This document shows positions 28,989-39,181 of a stretch of 64,000 bases of DNA, piece by piece; the first letter of the stretch is position 1, and every line of letters begins with the position of its first letter. Source of the stretch: an uncultured Chloroflexia bacterium (lineage in GTDB: Bacteria > Chloroflexota > Anaerolineae > Anaerolineales > UBA11579); the NCBI GenBank assembly GCA_963797275.1, contig CAWCOT010000005.1, forward strand, positions 3,668 through 67,667, written 5' to 3'. The notes under the pieces are model-generated. The model worked only from the letters and a program-made list of their open reading frames with translations. It was not told where the DNA came from and did no database searches. A program made the translations under genes and the position numbers.

Positions 28989-30134
28989 TTAGCCGCCGTA
29001 CGGGTCCAGATTGCCACGTGCATCCTGTTCGGCTTCCAGGGCTTCGAATAAAGCCTTGAAGTTGCCCTTGCCGAAGCCGCGGCTGCCACGCCGCTGGATA
29101 ACTTCTATAAATGAAGTAGGGCGGTCTTGGATGGGGCGCGAGAATATCTGCAGCAAATATCCCTCGTCGTCCTTGTCAACCAGGATGCCCAGCTCGTTGA
29201 TCTTGTCTAGCGGTTCTTTGACCACGTCGCCTACGCGCTCCGGCAGCATTTCGTAATAAGCATCCGGCACGCGCAGGAATTCGATGCCGTTTTCCTGCAG
29301 CTTGGTAACTGTATCGATGATATTGCCGGTAGCCAGAGCCACGTGCTGCACACCCGGTGTCAGGTAATAGTCCAGATATTCCTCTATCTGGCTCTTCTTC
29401 TTGCCCTCCGCGGGCTCGTTGATGGGGAATTTGATGCGACCATTGCCGTTTTCCATCACTTTGGACATCAGGGCTGAATACTCCGTGCTGATGTCTTTGT
29501 CATCGAAATGCAGCAGTTGGCGGAAGCCCATCACACGATGATAGAAGTTCACCCATTGGTCCATCTTGCCCAGTTGCACGTTGCCCACGATGTGGTCGAC
29601 GGAAGCCAGTCCGGTGTTCTCGGCCTCGTAATCCAGGGCTTCGTAACCGGGCGCAAAGGGTCCCTTGTATTCGCTGCGGTCCACGAAAACGTGCAGCACC
29701 TCGCCATAGGTGTGGATGGCCGAGGTGCGCAAGATACCGAATTCGTCTTTTTCTTCACGCGGCGCCCAGGCGCTCTGCCCGCCGCGTGAGGTGGTGGCAG
29801 TGTAGGCTTGCTCGACGTCCTTGACCTGGATGGCGATGACCTTCACGCCGTCGCCGTGCGTCAGCTGGTGGCCGGCCATCTCGTGCGAAGGTCCATAGGG
29901 CGTTGAGACTACGAAGCGGATCTTGCCCGATTCCAGCACATAAGAGGCAAAGTCGCGGTTCCCCGTCTCCAACCCTGAATAGGCTATTGGCTTGAAACCA
30001 AAGCCCTTCCACCACCAATACATGGCTTGTTTGGCGTTGCCAACGTAGAAATGCAGGTAGTCAATTGCCTGGATTTGCAGGAAATCGCCCTCTTCGGTCA
30101 TTGGGCGGGTCTCAGGTTGCTTCACTTGCACCAT
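28989..30134 (-). CDS. hppD: 4-hydroxyphenylpyruvate dioxygenase
   Basis: DHIVGNV, SQIEEYL, GVQHVAL, GYLLQIF, EVIQR, GFGKGNFKALF. Confidence 0.96.
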   Translation of the reverse strand: MVQVKQPETRPMTEEGDFLQIQAIDYLHFYVGNAKQAMYWWWKGFGFKPIAYSGLETGNRDFASYVLESGKIRFVVSTPYGPSHEMAGHQLTHGDGVKVIAIQVKDVEQAYTATTSRGGQSAWAPREEKDEFGILRTSAIHTYGEVLHVFVDRSEYKGPFAPGYEALDYEAENTGLASVDHIVGNVQLGKMDQWVNFYHRVMGFRQLLHFDDKDISTEYSALMSKVMENGNGRIKFPINEPAEGKKKSQIEEYLDYYLTPGVQHVALATGNIIDTVTKLQENGIEFLRVPDAYYEMLPERVGDVVKEPLDKINELGILVDKDDEGYLLQIFSRPIQDRPTSFIEVIQRRGSRGFGKGNFKALFEALEAEQDARGNLDPYGG

Positions 30135-30266
30135 AGGCGAACCTCCGTGGGACAGTTTCTGGAAATATTATAGTCCCCGGCGGCGTCGTTGAGTTCGTGG
30201 TCTTGATTCATCGCATGCTAAAATCAGACCCCTGAACGATTGGGTCCAGGTGTGAGATATCGAAAT

Positions 30267-31667
30267 ATGGCCCATCCCTCCCGATTGATCCTGCTCGCCG
30301 TGGCGGCGCTTCTGGCCGCGTGTTCCGGGACCGCCCAACTCAATTCTTCCCTCAACCAAACCAGCCCGTACGTGATCGAGCCGGTCTTCCAGCAGTTCTA
30401 CGATTTTCTAGGCGGCCAGTCAAACCTCGGCCTGGCCCTCACGCCCGGCTTATCTGACAGCGGCGTTCAAAAGCAATACTTCGAGAACGCCCTCATGCTC
30501 TACGACCCAAGCCTGCCGCCCAGTGAGCAGTACACGCTGGCGCCCTTGGGCGACCAAATGGGCGTGTACGACCAGCCGGTAGCGGACGCCAATATGCAAG
30601 GTGCCCTTGTGGTGGACGGCTACATTGTGTACGAGGGATTTGTGCCCCTTTATCAAAAACTGGGAGCGCGTTACGTGGGCAAGCCACTCACCGGTGTACG
30701 CTATTCGGCTGAACAGAACCGCGTGGAGCAATATTTCGAGAACCTTGGCTTCTACATAAATTTGGATGATCCCGGCCAGGTACACCTGATGGCTTATGGC
30801 CGCCTGGCCTGCGGCGCGGAGTGCAACGCTCCGCCTGCCGGCGCTTCCGCCATCATCCAGATCGACCAGCCTTATGGCGAGCCGTTCGTCAGTACCGTCT
30901 CCCGCCTGGGCGACAGTTTCGTGGGTCCGCGGCTGGCCGGCCCTTACCAGGCCGCCGATGGCAGCCTGGAGGTCATCTATGAGAATGTGGTGCTGTACGC
31001 CAATTCCGACGGCTCGCAAAATGCTGCGCCGCGACCCATCCTGGCGCTGATGGGCATCCAGCCTGAACAGATGGTCACCCAACTGGATAACCCGGTGATC
31101 ATGTTCTACAGCATCGATGGGCAGAATGGCTACAACATCCCCTTATTCTTCAGCGATTACATCGCCCAGCACGGTGGCTTTGAGACCGTCGGTCAGCCCA
31201 TCACGGAGATTAAGATGCAGGCAGATGGCAGCGCCACACAGTGTTTCGCCAACGCCTGCCTGCGTTACGTGGACGGCAGTGGCGTAACCCCGTTGCCCAT
31301 GGGGGCCGAATACAAGCAGCGCGTCTACGACCAGCCCGCCGCCCAGCCTTCCAGCGCCCAGGTGCGCATCCAGGTGTGGGAGGACCATTCGCAGGTCAGC
31401 TCTGCTGAGCAACAGGTTATCCATGCCAGCTTATATTCAGGCAGCCAGTTGCTCTCCGGCTTGGAGCCTTATTTGTCCGTCAGTCTGCCCGATGGCGGCA
31501 CCAGCATCTATGCTTTTCCACCCACAGATGAGGACGGGCAGACTCAGGTGGTCATCTCTCCCGTTCAGGCCAGCAATGGCACACTGGTGCCTTACAAGGT
31601 TTGCCTGGAGGGCCTCGGTGCCGCCGAAGTGTGCGCCAGCGAATCCTTCATGATCTGGGGCAATTAA
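30267..31667 (+). CDS. Lipoprotein with three QYFE-type repeats
   Basis: Lipobox LAAC; repeats G.P.T...QYFEN / QCFAN. Confidence 0.8.
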   Translation: MAHPSRLILLAVAALLAACSGTAQLNSSLNQTSPYVIEPVFQQFYDFLGGQSNLGLALTPGLSDSGVQKQYFENALMLYDPSLPPSEQYTLAPLGDQMGVYDQPVADANMQGALVVDGYIVYEGFVPLYQKLGARYVGKPLTGVRYSAEQNRVEQYFENLGFYINLDDPGQVHLMAYGRLACGAECNAPPAGASAIIQIDQPYGEPFVSTVSRLGDSFVGPRLAGPYQAADGSLEVIYENVVLYANSDGSQNAAPRPILALMGIQPEQMVTQLDNPVIMFYSIDGQNGYNIPLFFSDYIAQHGGFETVGQPITEIKMQADGSATQCFANACLRYVDGSGVTPLPMGAEYKQRVYDQPAAQPSSAQVRIQVWEDHSQVSSAEQQVIHASLYSGSQLLSGLEPYLSVSLPDGGTSIYAFPPTDEDGQTQVVISPVQASNGTLVPYKVCLEGLGAAEVCASESFMIWGN

Positions 31668-31724
31668 CCAACCTCCGGTTGCTGGAAACTGATAGCTTTT
31701 GAAAGCTGGCTTGCGCCTTAATTA

Positions 31725-33024
31725 GTGAGTATGTCCGCAAGTTCTTCCCGCCTTCCGGGCTTCTATAACCTGCCCCTGGCAGAGCGCCGGGCGCGCCTGC
31801 GCGGCCTCGGTGTGCTCAGTGAGGCCGAGCTGGACGCCCTTGCTTCGGGCGGCCTGGTTGGCGAAGCCGCCGATCACATGATCGAGAACGTGGTCGGCAC
31901 CTTCAATCTACCGCTGGGCATCGCCCTAAACTTTGTGGTCAATGGCCGCGAGGTGCTGGTGCCTATGGCCATCGAGGAGCCCTCTGTGGTCGCCGGTGCT
32001 TCTTTCATGGCCAAACTGGCACGGCCCGCTGGCGGCTTTCGCGCCACCGCGCAGGCCCCTGAAATGATCGGGCAGATGCAGTTGCTGGATGTAGCCGACC
32101 TGGACGCGGCCTCTGCATCTCTTGAAAGCGCCAAGTCAGATCTACTGGCTGAAGTCGCCGGGATCGATCCGATTTTGCAGAAACTGGGCGGCGGCCCGCG
32201 CGACCTTGTGATTCGCCGCATCCAAGAATCGCCTATTGGGCCGTTCCTTGTCCTTCATCTGATATACGACGTGCGCGATGCCATGGGTGCCAACGCGGTC
32301 AATACGGCCTGTGAGCGTCTGGCCCCCAAGATTGAAGCGCTCACTGGCGGTCGTGTCCATTTGCGCATCCTGAGTAACCTGGCCGATCGGCGCCTGGCGC
32401 GAGCCGAATGCACCATCCAGCTTGACCAGTTGGCCTTTGACGATTTCAGCGCTCGAGCAGGTGCGGGATGGCATTATCGAGGCTTGGGCTTTTGCCGCCG
32501 CCGACCCATACCGGGCTGCCACACACAACAAAGGAATTATGAACGGCGTTGACCCCATAGTCATTGCCACCGGCAATGACTGGCGTGCCGTGGAGGCTGG
32601 AGCGCACGCCTATGCTGCCCGCTCCGGCCAATATACATCCCTCAGTATCTGGGGAGTCGATGCAGAAGGCAACCTGACAGGTAGCCTGGAGTTGCCCCTG
32701 GCGGTGGGCATTGTCGGAGGGGCCACCCGGGTGCACCCCAGCGCCCAGGCTGCGCTCAAGTTGATGGGCGTGAAGACCGCCGCCGACCTGGCCCACATCA
32801 TTGTCTCCGTCGGACTGGCGCAGAACCTGGCAGCCCTACGGGCGCTGGCCACCGAAGGCATCCAGCGCGGCCACATGAGCCTGCACGCCCGCCAGGTGGC
32901 CATTGCCGCCGGGGCGCAAGGCGACATGATTGAGAAATTGGCCGGCCAACTGGTGGAAGAAAAGACCGTGCGCATTGACCGCGCCGAGCAACTCGTCAAG
33001 GAATGGGATAATGGAAGCAACTAA
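31725..33024 (+). CDS. mvaA: Class II HMG-CoA reductase (frameshift near 32450)
   Basis: ENVVG, EEPSVVA, DAMGAN, ILSNL, then [23 protein letters not shown]. Confidence 0.93.
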
Positions 33025-34096
33025 CCACGATCACGAACACCCCCGCTTGTTGAAGACGGAACATCCCGTTGGCATCGTTGGTTATGGAGCTTATGTGCCC
33101 CGCTACCGCCTGCCGGCCCGCGAAGTGGCTCGCGTGTGGACTGGCGGCACCGGTGGGCTTCCCATTGAAGAGAAATCTGTGCCCGGTCTTGATGAAGATG
33201 TGGTCACCATGTCCATCGAGGCTGCCCGCAATGCCCTGGCCCGCGCCCAGATCGACCCGCAGGACCTGCGCGCCGTCTGGGTTGGTTCGGAGTCGCACCC
33301 CTACGCGGTCAAGCCCACCTCCACGATTGTCGCTGAAGCCATTGGCGCCGTACCCAGCACGCAGGCCGCCGATTGGGAGTTTGCTTGCAAGGCCGGCACG
33401 GAAGCTATGGTGGCCGCCATGGGCTTTGTAGGCTCCAACATGGCCCGCTATGCCCTGGCCATCGGCATGGATACCGCCCAGGGTCGCCCTGGCGACGCGC
33501 TGGAGTACACCGCCGGGGCAGGCGGCGCCGCCTTCATCATTGGCCCTGGCGCCGAATCCGTGGCCGAGATCGAATGCTCATATTCCTTTGTCACTGACAC
33601 GCCGGATTTCTGGCGTCGGCAGTACGCCAAGTATCCGGAGCACGGACAGCGCTTCACCGGTGAACCGGCTTATTTCAAGCACATCACCTCGGCGGGGGAG
33701 GCCATGTTCGAGGCCACCGGCACCAAGCCTGAGGATTACGCCTTCGCAGTCTTCCACCAGCCCAACGCCAAGTTTCCCCAGCGCGCCGGCGCTATGCTGG
33801 GTTTCAAGCCCGAGCAGATCCAAACCGGCCTGCTGGTGCCGCGCATCGGTAACACCTATTCGGGCGCCGCCATCATCGGCCTCACTGCCATCCTGGACGT
33901 TGCCAGGCCCGGCGACCGTATCATGATGGTCTCTTTCGGCTCCGGCGCTGGGTCGGATGCCATGGTGCTGCGCGTCACCGAGCAGATTACTGCCAAAGCT
34001 GGCCTGGCCACCAAGACCGAAGAATACATTGCACGCCGCACTGAAATTGACTACGCCGAATACGTGCGCATGCGTGGCAAATTGACCATGAAATAA
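33011..34096 (+). CDS. mvaS: Archaeal-type HMG-CoA synthase
   Basis: [57 protein letters not shown]. Confidence 0.92.
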   Translation: MEATNHDHEHPRLLKTEHPVGIVGYGAYVPRYRLPAREVARVWTGGTGGLPIEEKSVPGLDEDVVTMSIEAARNALARAQIDPQDLRAVWVGSESHPYAVKPTSTIVAEAIGAVPSTQAADWEFACKAGTEAMVAAMGFVGSNMARYALAIGMDTAQGRPGDALEYTAGAGGAAFIIGPGAESVAEIECSYSFVTDTPDFWRRQYAKYPEHGQRFTGEPAYFKHITSAGEAMFEATGTKPEDYAFAVFHQPNAKFPQRAGAMLGFKPEQIQTGLLVPRIGNTYSGAAIIGLTAILDVARPGDRIMMVSFGSGAGSDAMVLRVTEQITAKAGLATKTEEYIARRTEIDYAEYVRMRGKLTMK

Positions 34097-34104
34097 GGAA
34101 GCCC

Positions 34105-35265
34105 ATGACAAAAGTTGTTATTGCGGGAATCGGGCAAACGCCCGTCAATGAACATTGGGATATCTCACTTCGTGAGTTGGGTCTGCAGGCCATGGAAGCC
34201 GCCATGCAGGATGCCGGCGGCTTGCGTCCCAATGCTCTTTACGTAGGCAACATGCTTTCCGGGGCCCTGTCGCACCAGGCGCAGCTCGGCGTACTGTTGG
34301 CCGACTTTGCCGGGCTAACCGGCATTGAAGCCGCCACTATTGAAGCGGCTGGCGCCTCAGCCGCCATGGCTCTGCGCATAGGCATGCTGGCGGTGGCTTC
34401 CGGCCAGGTGGACGCCGCCTTGGTGTTGGGTGTAGAAAAGCTCAGCGACCAGGTACCCGCCGAGGTAGAGACCGCCCTGGCCATGGGCAGCGACGCGGAT
34501 TACGAAGCCGAGCAGGGCCTCACTCTCACCGCTCAGGCCGCCATGCTTGCCCAGCGCTACATGCACGAATTCAAATTGCCGCAGCATGCCCTGGCCGGCT
34601 TCCCGTTGACCGCCCACGCCAACGGGGCGCACAACCCCAACGCCATGTTTCAGAAAGCGGTCAAGCCTGAAACCTACGCCAAAGCCGGCATGGTTAGCGC
34701 CCCGCTCAATATGTTCGATGTGGCTCCCAGCGCCGACGGCGCAGCGGCCTTGTTGCTCACCCGCGCTGACCTGCTGCCCCCCAAGTTTCCCCATGCCTTG
34801 GTGGAGATCGTAGGCTCGGCCGCCGTCACCGATACACTGGCCCTGCACGACCGGCCCGACCCGCTGACCTTCAACGCCGCGCGGCTTTCCATGGAACGCG
34901 CCTGCGCCCAGGCTGGCATCCTGCCAAAGGATGCCGATCTGTTCGAACTCTTCGATGCCTTCTCTATTTACAGCGCCCTGTCGCTGGAGGCTGCCGGCTT
35001 CTCGCCGCGCGGCGAGGGTTGGATCTGGGCCCAGGACGGTGCTATCCAGCTGGACGGGGAATTGCCCATCGCCACTCTGGGCGGCCTCAAGGCACGCGGC
35101 TTTCCCGGCGGCGCCACCGGCGCTTACCAGGCGGTCGAAGCCGCCCTACAATTGCGCGGCCAGGCCGGCGACGCGCAAGTAAAGGATGCCAAACTCGCCC
35201 TCGTGCAAAGTCTGGGGGGACCGGCCTCTACGGCAGTGACGCATGTTTTGTCGGTTTTACGGTAA
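34105..35265 (+). CDS. Archaeal/SCP2-type thiolase-fold protein lacking catalytic Cys and His
   Basis: IEAAGASA, GVEKL, DGAAA, LGGLKARGFPGGATG, QLRGQAG. Confidence 0.88.
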   Translation: MTKVVIAGIGQTPVNEHWDISLRELGLQAMEAAMQDAGGLRPNALYVGNMLSGALSHQAQLGVLLADFAGLTGIEAATIEAAGASAAMALRIGMLAVASGQVDAALVLGVEKLSDQVPAEVETALAMGSDADYEAEQGLTLTAQAAMLAQRYMHEFKLPQHALAGFPLTAHANGAHNPNAMFQKAVKPETYAKAGMVSAPLNMFDVAPSADGAAALLLTRADLLPPKFPHALVEIVGSAAVTDTLALHDRPDPLTFNAARLSMERACAQAGILPKDADLFELFDAFSIYSALSLEAAGFSPRGEGWIWAQDGAIQLDGELPIATLGGLKARGFPGGATGAYQAVEAALQLRGQAGDAQVKDAKLALVQSLGGPASTAVTHVLSVLR

Positions 35266-35299
35266 TCTGTTCAGTCAAGGGGTTACCGGCATCCCGCCC

Positions 35300-36783
35300 G
35301 CCCTGCTTAACGAAAAAAAGTGAGCTTCGCCTTTGGTTTTTTGTCTCGATTTTCGCTTTCTTAGGCGCCGGTATCGTCTTGGCGCTTACACGACGGGGAG
35401 CGGGTCTATTTGACTTAGATTCCTTCAGTTATCTTTCTTCGGCGCACAATCTGGCCACGGGCCATGGCCTTAGTTACCCGGTAAGTCCCACCCGCAATCG
35501 TCCGCTTCTGAATTTCGCTCCACTCTTCCCTATCTTGCTGGCGGGTCTGGAGTTGCTCGGCTTCCCAGGGCAGGTTGCCGTTCGCTGGCTTAATGCCGTC
35601 CTCTACGCCGCCAACCTGGTTTTGTTTGCGCTGGTAATTTTCCAGGCCACCAAGTCCATTCGCCTCGCTGCACTATCGGCGGTACTTTTCTTATTGTCGG
35701 CCGAACTGCTGGTAGCCCACGCCTGGGCTTTGAGTGAACCGTTGCTCATCGCACTATCGCTCGGCAGTCTATATGCCTTTCTCCGCTGGCAGCAGGGAGA
35801 CCATAGTTGGTTCTGGGCTATGTGTTGCTGCGTCGCCTTAGCGGTAGCCACCAAATTTGTAGCCCTCGCCTTGATCCCGGTGTACATCGTCTTCATCATG
35901 CTCAGGAAACCCGGGACCGGAAATAAGTTGACCCTCAGCGCAACGGTGATGGCGAGCGGGCTGATTCCCTTTATTGTCTTGTCGCTACGCAGTTACTGGC
36001 TATCCAAATCCTTCCACGGCTTCTCATTTGAATTCGTTCCTCTGCAGACCGGAAATATTGACAGTGCGGTGCAAACACTCTCGACCTGGTTCTTTCCCGA
36101 AAACGGATATGCCAGATGGACGGCGCTATACGCGGGGGCCTTTTTCCTCCTGGTGGTCATGATGGCAGTTTTCCTTGTCCGGCGAATTAGAAAAGCGGGA
36201 GGGCGAACTTTATCTGGTTCCAATCTTTGGTGGATTGTGGTTGGTGGCCTATCTAGGCGTGGCCGCCACAGCTAAGATGACCTTCGATCACGGCATTGGT
36301 TTCCAAGACCGAATGCTTGTGCCAATTTTTCCATTTATCTTGGCTAGCGGGTTGGTGTATATCCATTTTTTGTACTCGCATCGCGGTCCCTGGATAAAAT
36401 TCCTCTGCCTGGTTTTCTTGGTCTATTTAGGGGTTCAATTTAGCACCAATAGCCTGAATTCCTGGTCAAAAATCTACGATCAGGGTTTGGGCTGGAATAG
36501 CCGGGAATTGACTGAATCGCAAGCGCTTGCCGTGCTTCCTGATCTGGCTGCTGACCCGGAAAATGCCCTGTTTAGCAACAACTCTTACGGCTTGTACTTC
36601 ATTACTGGTGAGGTCGGCTATCGCCTTGAGGGCTTCCCTCCCGAAGGCGACCAACCCTCATATTTGGTGATTTTCAACCGTAATCTGTCAGGTGAAAACC
36701 TGCTGGCCGAACGCTATGCCGATATCCTTAGCTTGGTTGCTGAAGACCCGCTGGTTTCCATTTTTCGCATTCGTACCGACTGA
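35300..36783 (+). CDS. GT-C fold (ArnT/PMT-like) polytopic membrane protein; start uncertain, frameshift near 36205
   Basis: DSFSYLSSAHNL...GL, APLFPILLA, SEPLL, DRMLVP; many TM segments; lower GC than flanks. Confidence 0.7.
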
Positions 36784-36852
36784 TTCTTGCCAAGAATTTG
36801 ATAGCTTCTGATAGTTTCGGTTGGATACAGTATGCTCAATTAAGGAGTACTT

Positions 36853-37263
36853 ATGGATATCCCGCGTCACTGGAGATTAAAGAAACAGCGCTATGCACTC
36901 GTAGGGGAAGTGTGTGAGCATTGCAATGCCAAGCTCTTCCCGCCCCGCGACGTTTGCCCGGAATGCGGCCAGGAGGCCAAGACCCTGTTTCAATTCAGCG
37001 GCAAAGGTGAGGTGTATTCCTACACGACCGTCTACGATGCGCCTGAAGGCTATGCCGAGCAGGCGCCCTACACCCTGGCCATGGTGAAGCTGGAAGAGGG
37101 ACCCCTTATCACCGCCCAACTCACCGACCTCGGCGCTCAGGTGCCCGCCATCGGTATGCCTGTAGAGATGGTCACGCGGCTGCTGCGCTCCGCCACCGAT
37201 GAGCGCGGTATGCTCATCTATGGCTACAAGTTCAGGCCGGCGGTGGTTGCACAGGTAGCCTAG
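36853..37263 (+). CDS. DUF35 Zn-ribbon/OB-fold protein
   Basis: RHWR, CEHC...FPPRDVCPEC, GEVYSYT, AQLTD, YGYKFRP; RBS AAGGAG. Confidence 0.93.
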   Translation: MDIPRHWRLKKQRYALVGEVCEHCNAKLFPPRDVCPECGQEAKTLFQFSGKGEVYSYTTVYDAPEGYAEQAPYTLAMVKLEEGPLITAQLTDLGAQVPAIGMPVEMVTRLLRSATDERGMLIYGYKFRPAVVAQVA

Positions 37264-37283
37264 GTTAACATCTAAGTTGAATG

Positions 37284-37313
37284 AAGCGCCTTCCGGGATG
37301 GAGAGCGCTTTTT
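37284..37313 (+). terminator. Imperfect intrinsic terminator
   Basis: AAGCGCCTTCC-GGGAT-GGAGAGCGCTTTTT. Confidence 0.55.
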
Positions 37314-37453
37314 GATTCATTCTCAAAACAGTCCCGACCGAACGTACCTGTTGAACTCACGCGGTTGGCGTATCGCAACCTTAACTGACGGCTCGGGTCG
37401 TCGAATACCCCGCTGCAGCCGAGTAAATAAAGAAAGAAAGGATAGAGGTATCC

Positions 37454-38308
37454 ATGAACAAGGTACAGACACTAACAGGGAAAATTGCACTGGTAACAGG
37501 CGCTTCCAGAGGTTTGGGCAAAGCGGTTGCTCTGGAACTCGCTCAAGCCGGTGCACATGTCATCTGCACAGCTCGCAGTACACGTGGTCATAGTACCCAA
37601 AGCGAGTTACCACTTACGACGATCGACGACACGGTTGATGCGATCCACGAAATTAAAGGTAGTGCCGAGGCCGTCAAATGCGACCATACCGATCCTGCAG
37701 AGGTAAAAGCGCTTGTCAATTACATTGGAAAACAACACGGCAAACTGGATATCCTTGTGAATAATGCCTGGGGCGTGCATGATGCACATGATGAGTTGGA
37801 GTCAGGTGAGGAAGTGTGGGAGGAGCCGCTGGATCAGTTCAAAAATATGCTGTTGGCGGGACCGTACTCGGATTTTATTACCAGCCTATTAGTACTCAAA
37901 TATCTGATGGGACCCATCCAAAAAGGCCTCATTATCACCACTACCTGGCACACCGCCGAACCGCCAATGTGGCCGCCTTATGAGGCCAGCAAAGCCGCCA
38001 AAAATCGTTTGGTCTATGTCCTGGGTTACCACCTCAAAGAAAAGGGCATTCCGGTGATTGCAGTTGCCCCAGCATGGATGCGAACCGAGATAATGTTTAC
38101 TCATCACACCATGGATGAACTCGCAGGTCAGACCGAGACACCACACTATGCTGCCCGAGGCATTGCCGCGCTAGCCAGTGATCCTGATGTCATGCGATTT
38201 ACAGGGAAACTTATGGACGTTAGCGATCTAGCCGACATTTACGGCGTTACTGATCTAGACGGCTCGCAACCGCGCTTGAATGCACAACACCTTGGTAAGG
38301 AAAGCTAG
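37454..38308 (+). CDS. SDR family oxidoreductase
   Basis: TGASRGLG, DILVNNAWG, YEASK; lower GC3 than host genes. Confidence 0.92.
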   Translation: MNKVQTLTGKIALVTGASRGLGKAVALELAQAGAHVICTARSTRGHSTQSELPLTTIDDTVDAIHEIKGSAEAVKCDHTDPAEVKALVNYIGKQHGKLDILVNNAWGVHDAHDELESGEEVWEEPLDQFKNMLLAGPYSDFITSLLVLKYLMGPIQKGLIITTTWHTAEPPMWPPYEASKAAKNRLVYVLGYHLKEKGIPVIAVAPAWMRTEIMFTHHTMDELAGQTETPHYAARGIAALASDPDVMRFTGKLMDVSDLADIYGVTDLDGSQPRLNAQHLGKES

Positions 38309-38349
38309 CACCCGCGGCAATAGAACTTCCTCACCAGCACGGTAAGGCA

Positions 38350-38469
38350 ATAATGCAAGATGAATTCGACATACGTGTTGGAGAGCTGCTTAGATAGTTT
38401 CGGTTTATCGATTTTTTTTGATCTCAAACAGAATCCATTCCCACCGACGGGTCACGCAAACAGTTGGGC
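38350..38469 (+). mobile_element. Degenerate integron attC-like site
   Basis: Ends in GTTGGGC (GTTRRRY) at 38463-38469, 23 bp before the next gene; left arm not clearly intact. Confidence 0.45.
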
Positions 38470-38492
38470 GGATGCAAGAAAGACAGGCACCC

Positions 38493-39008
38493 ATGATTCT
38501 CCCCAAAGACCGCGACCCCCGCTTCATCACCGTCCGCCGTGGAGGGACGCTCACGGACTCCGACCATCGGCTCCTGGCTTTGTGGGCGGCCGCTTGCGCC
38601 GAGCACATTCTGCACCTCTTCGAGTCGGCGCAGCCCTCGGACGCTCGACCTCGCCAGGCGATTGAACAGACTCGGGCCTGGGCCCGCGGCGAGATTAAAA
38701 TGTCTCAGTCCCGCGATTCGGCTGGTGCTGCCAACGCTGCCGCCAGAGAGCTCAGCGGAGCCGCTCGGCATGCCGCACATGCTGCCGGCCAGGCCGCGGC
38801 GGTGGCGCATGTAGCTGCGCACGAGCTTGGTGCTGCGGCCTACGCCATAAAGGCCACGCGTGCGGCCGCCTCTAAAGGTGAGGGGGAGTTTGCTGGCCGG
38901 CGCGAGTGCCAGTGGCAACGCGAACAACTACCGGGGGCGATTCGCGGTCTTGTTCTGGATGACCAACGGCTCAGGAACGTCATCTGTTGGTCGGTGTTCG
39001 ATTGCTGA
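38493..39008 (+). CDS. Imm5-like putative immunity protein
   Basis: MILPKDRDPRF...LALWAAACAEH...D.RPRQAI...AHVAAHELGAAAYAIKA...ECQWQ. Confidence 0.85.
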   Translation: MILPKDRDPRFITVRRGGTLTDSDHRLLALWAAACAEHILHLFESAQPSDARPRQAIEQTRAWARGEIKMSQSRDSAGAANAAARELSGAARHAAHAAGQAAAVAHVAAHELGAAAYAIKATRAAASKGEGEFAGRRECQWQREQLPGAIRGLVLDDQRLRNVICWSVFDC

Positions 39009-39181
39009 CAGTCTAACTCTCGCGATTCGTGACTTCGTGAAAACCATGTGTGACCGTGGTTACACCGCGGCCCAGCTTGTTTTGGATCCCTGCTCGGGCC
39101 CCTGGCGTCTGGCCCGACGCAGTTGGCGGAAAGATATAAAAGCCCCTAGGCAATTATATAGGTATTGTTAACCGGGAACGC

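Noticed and set aside
33011-37263. PhlABC-type acyltransferase cluster
   Set aside because: Same three folds, but the synthase keeps its catalytic Glu/Cys/His, is coupled to HMG-CoA reductase, the thiolase lacks the Cys PhlC needs, and no type III PKS is present.
38493-39008. Polymorphic toxin-immunity locus
   Set aside because: No toxin or secretion gene nearby; the gene is an orphan.
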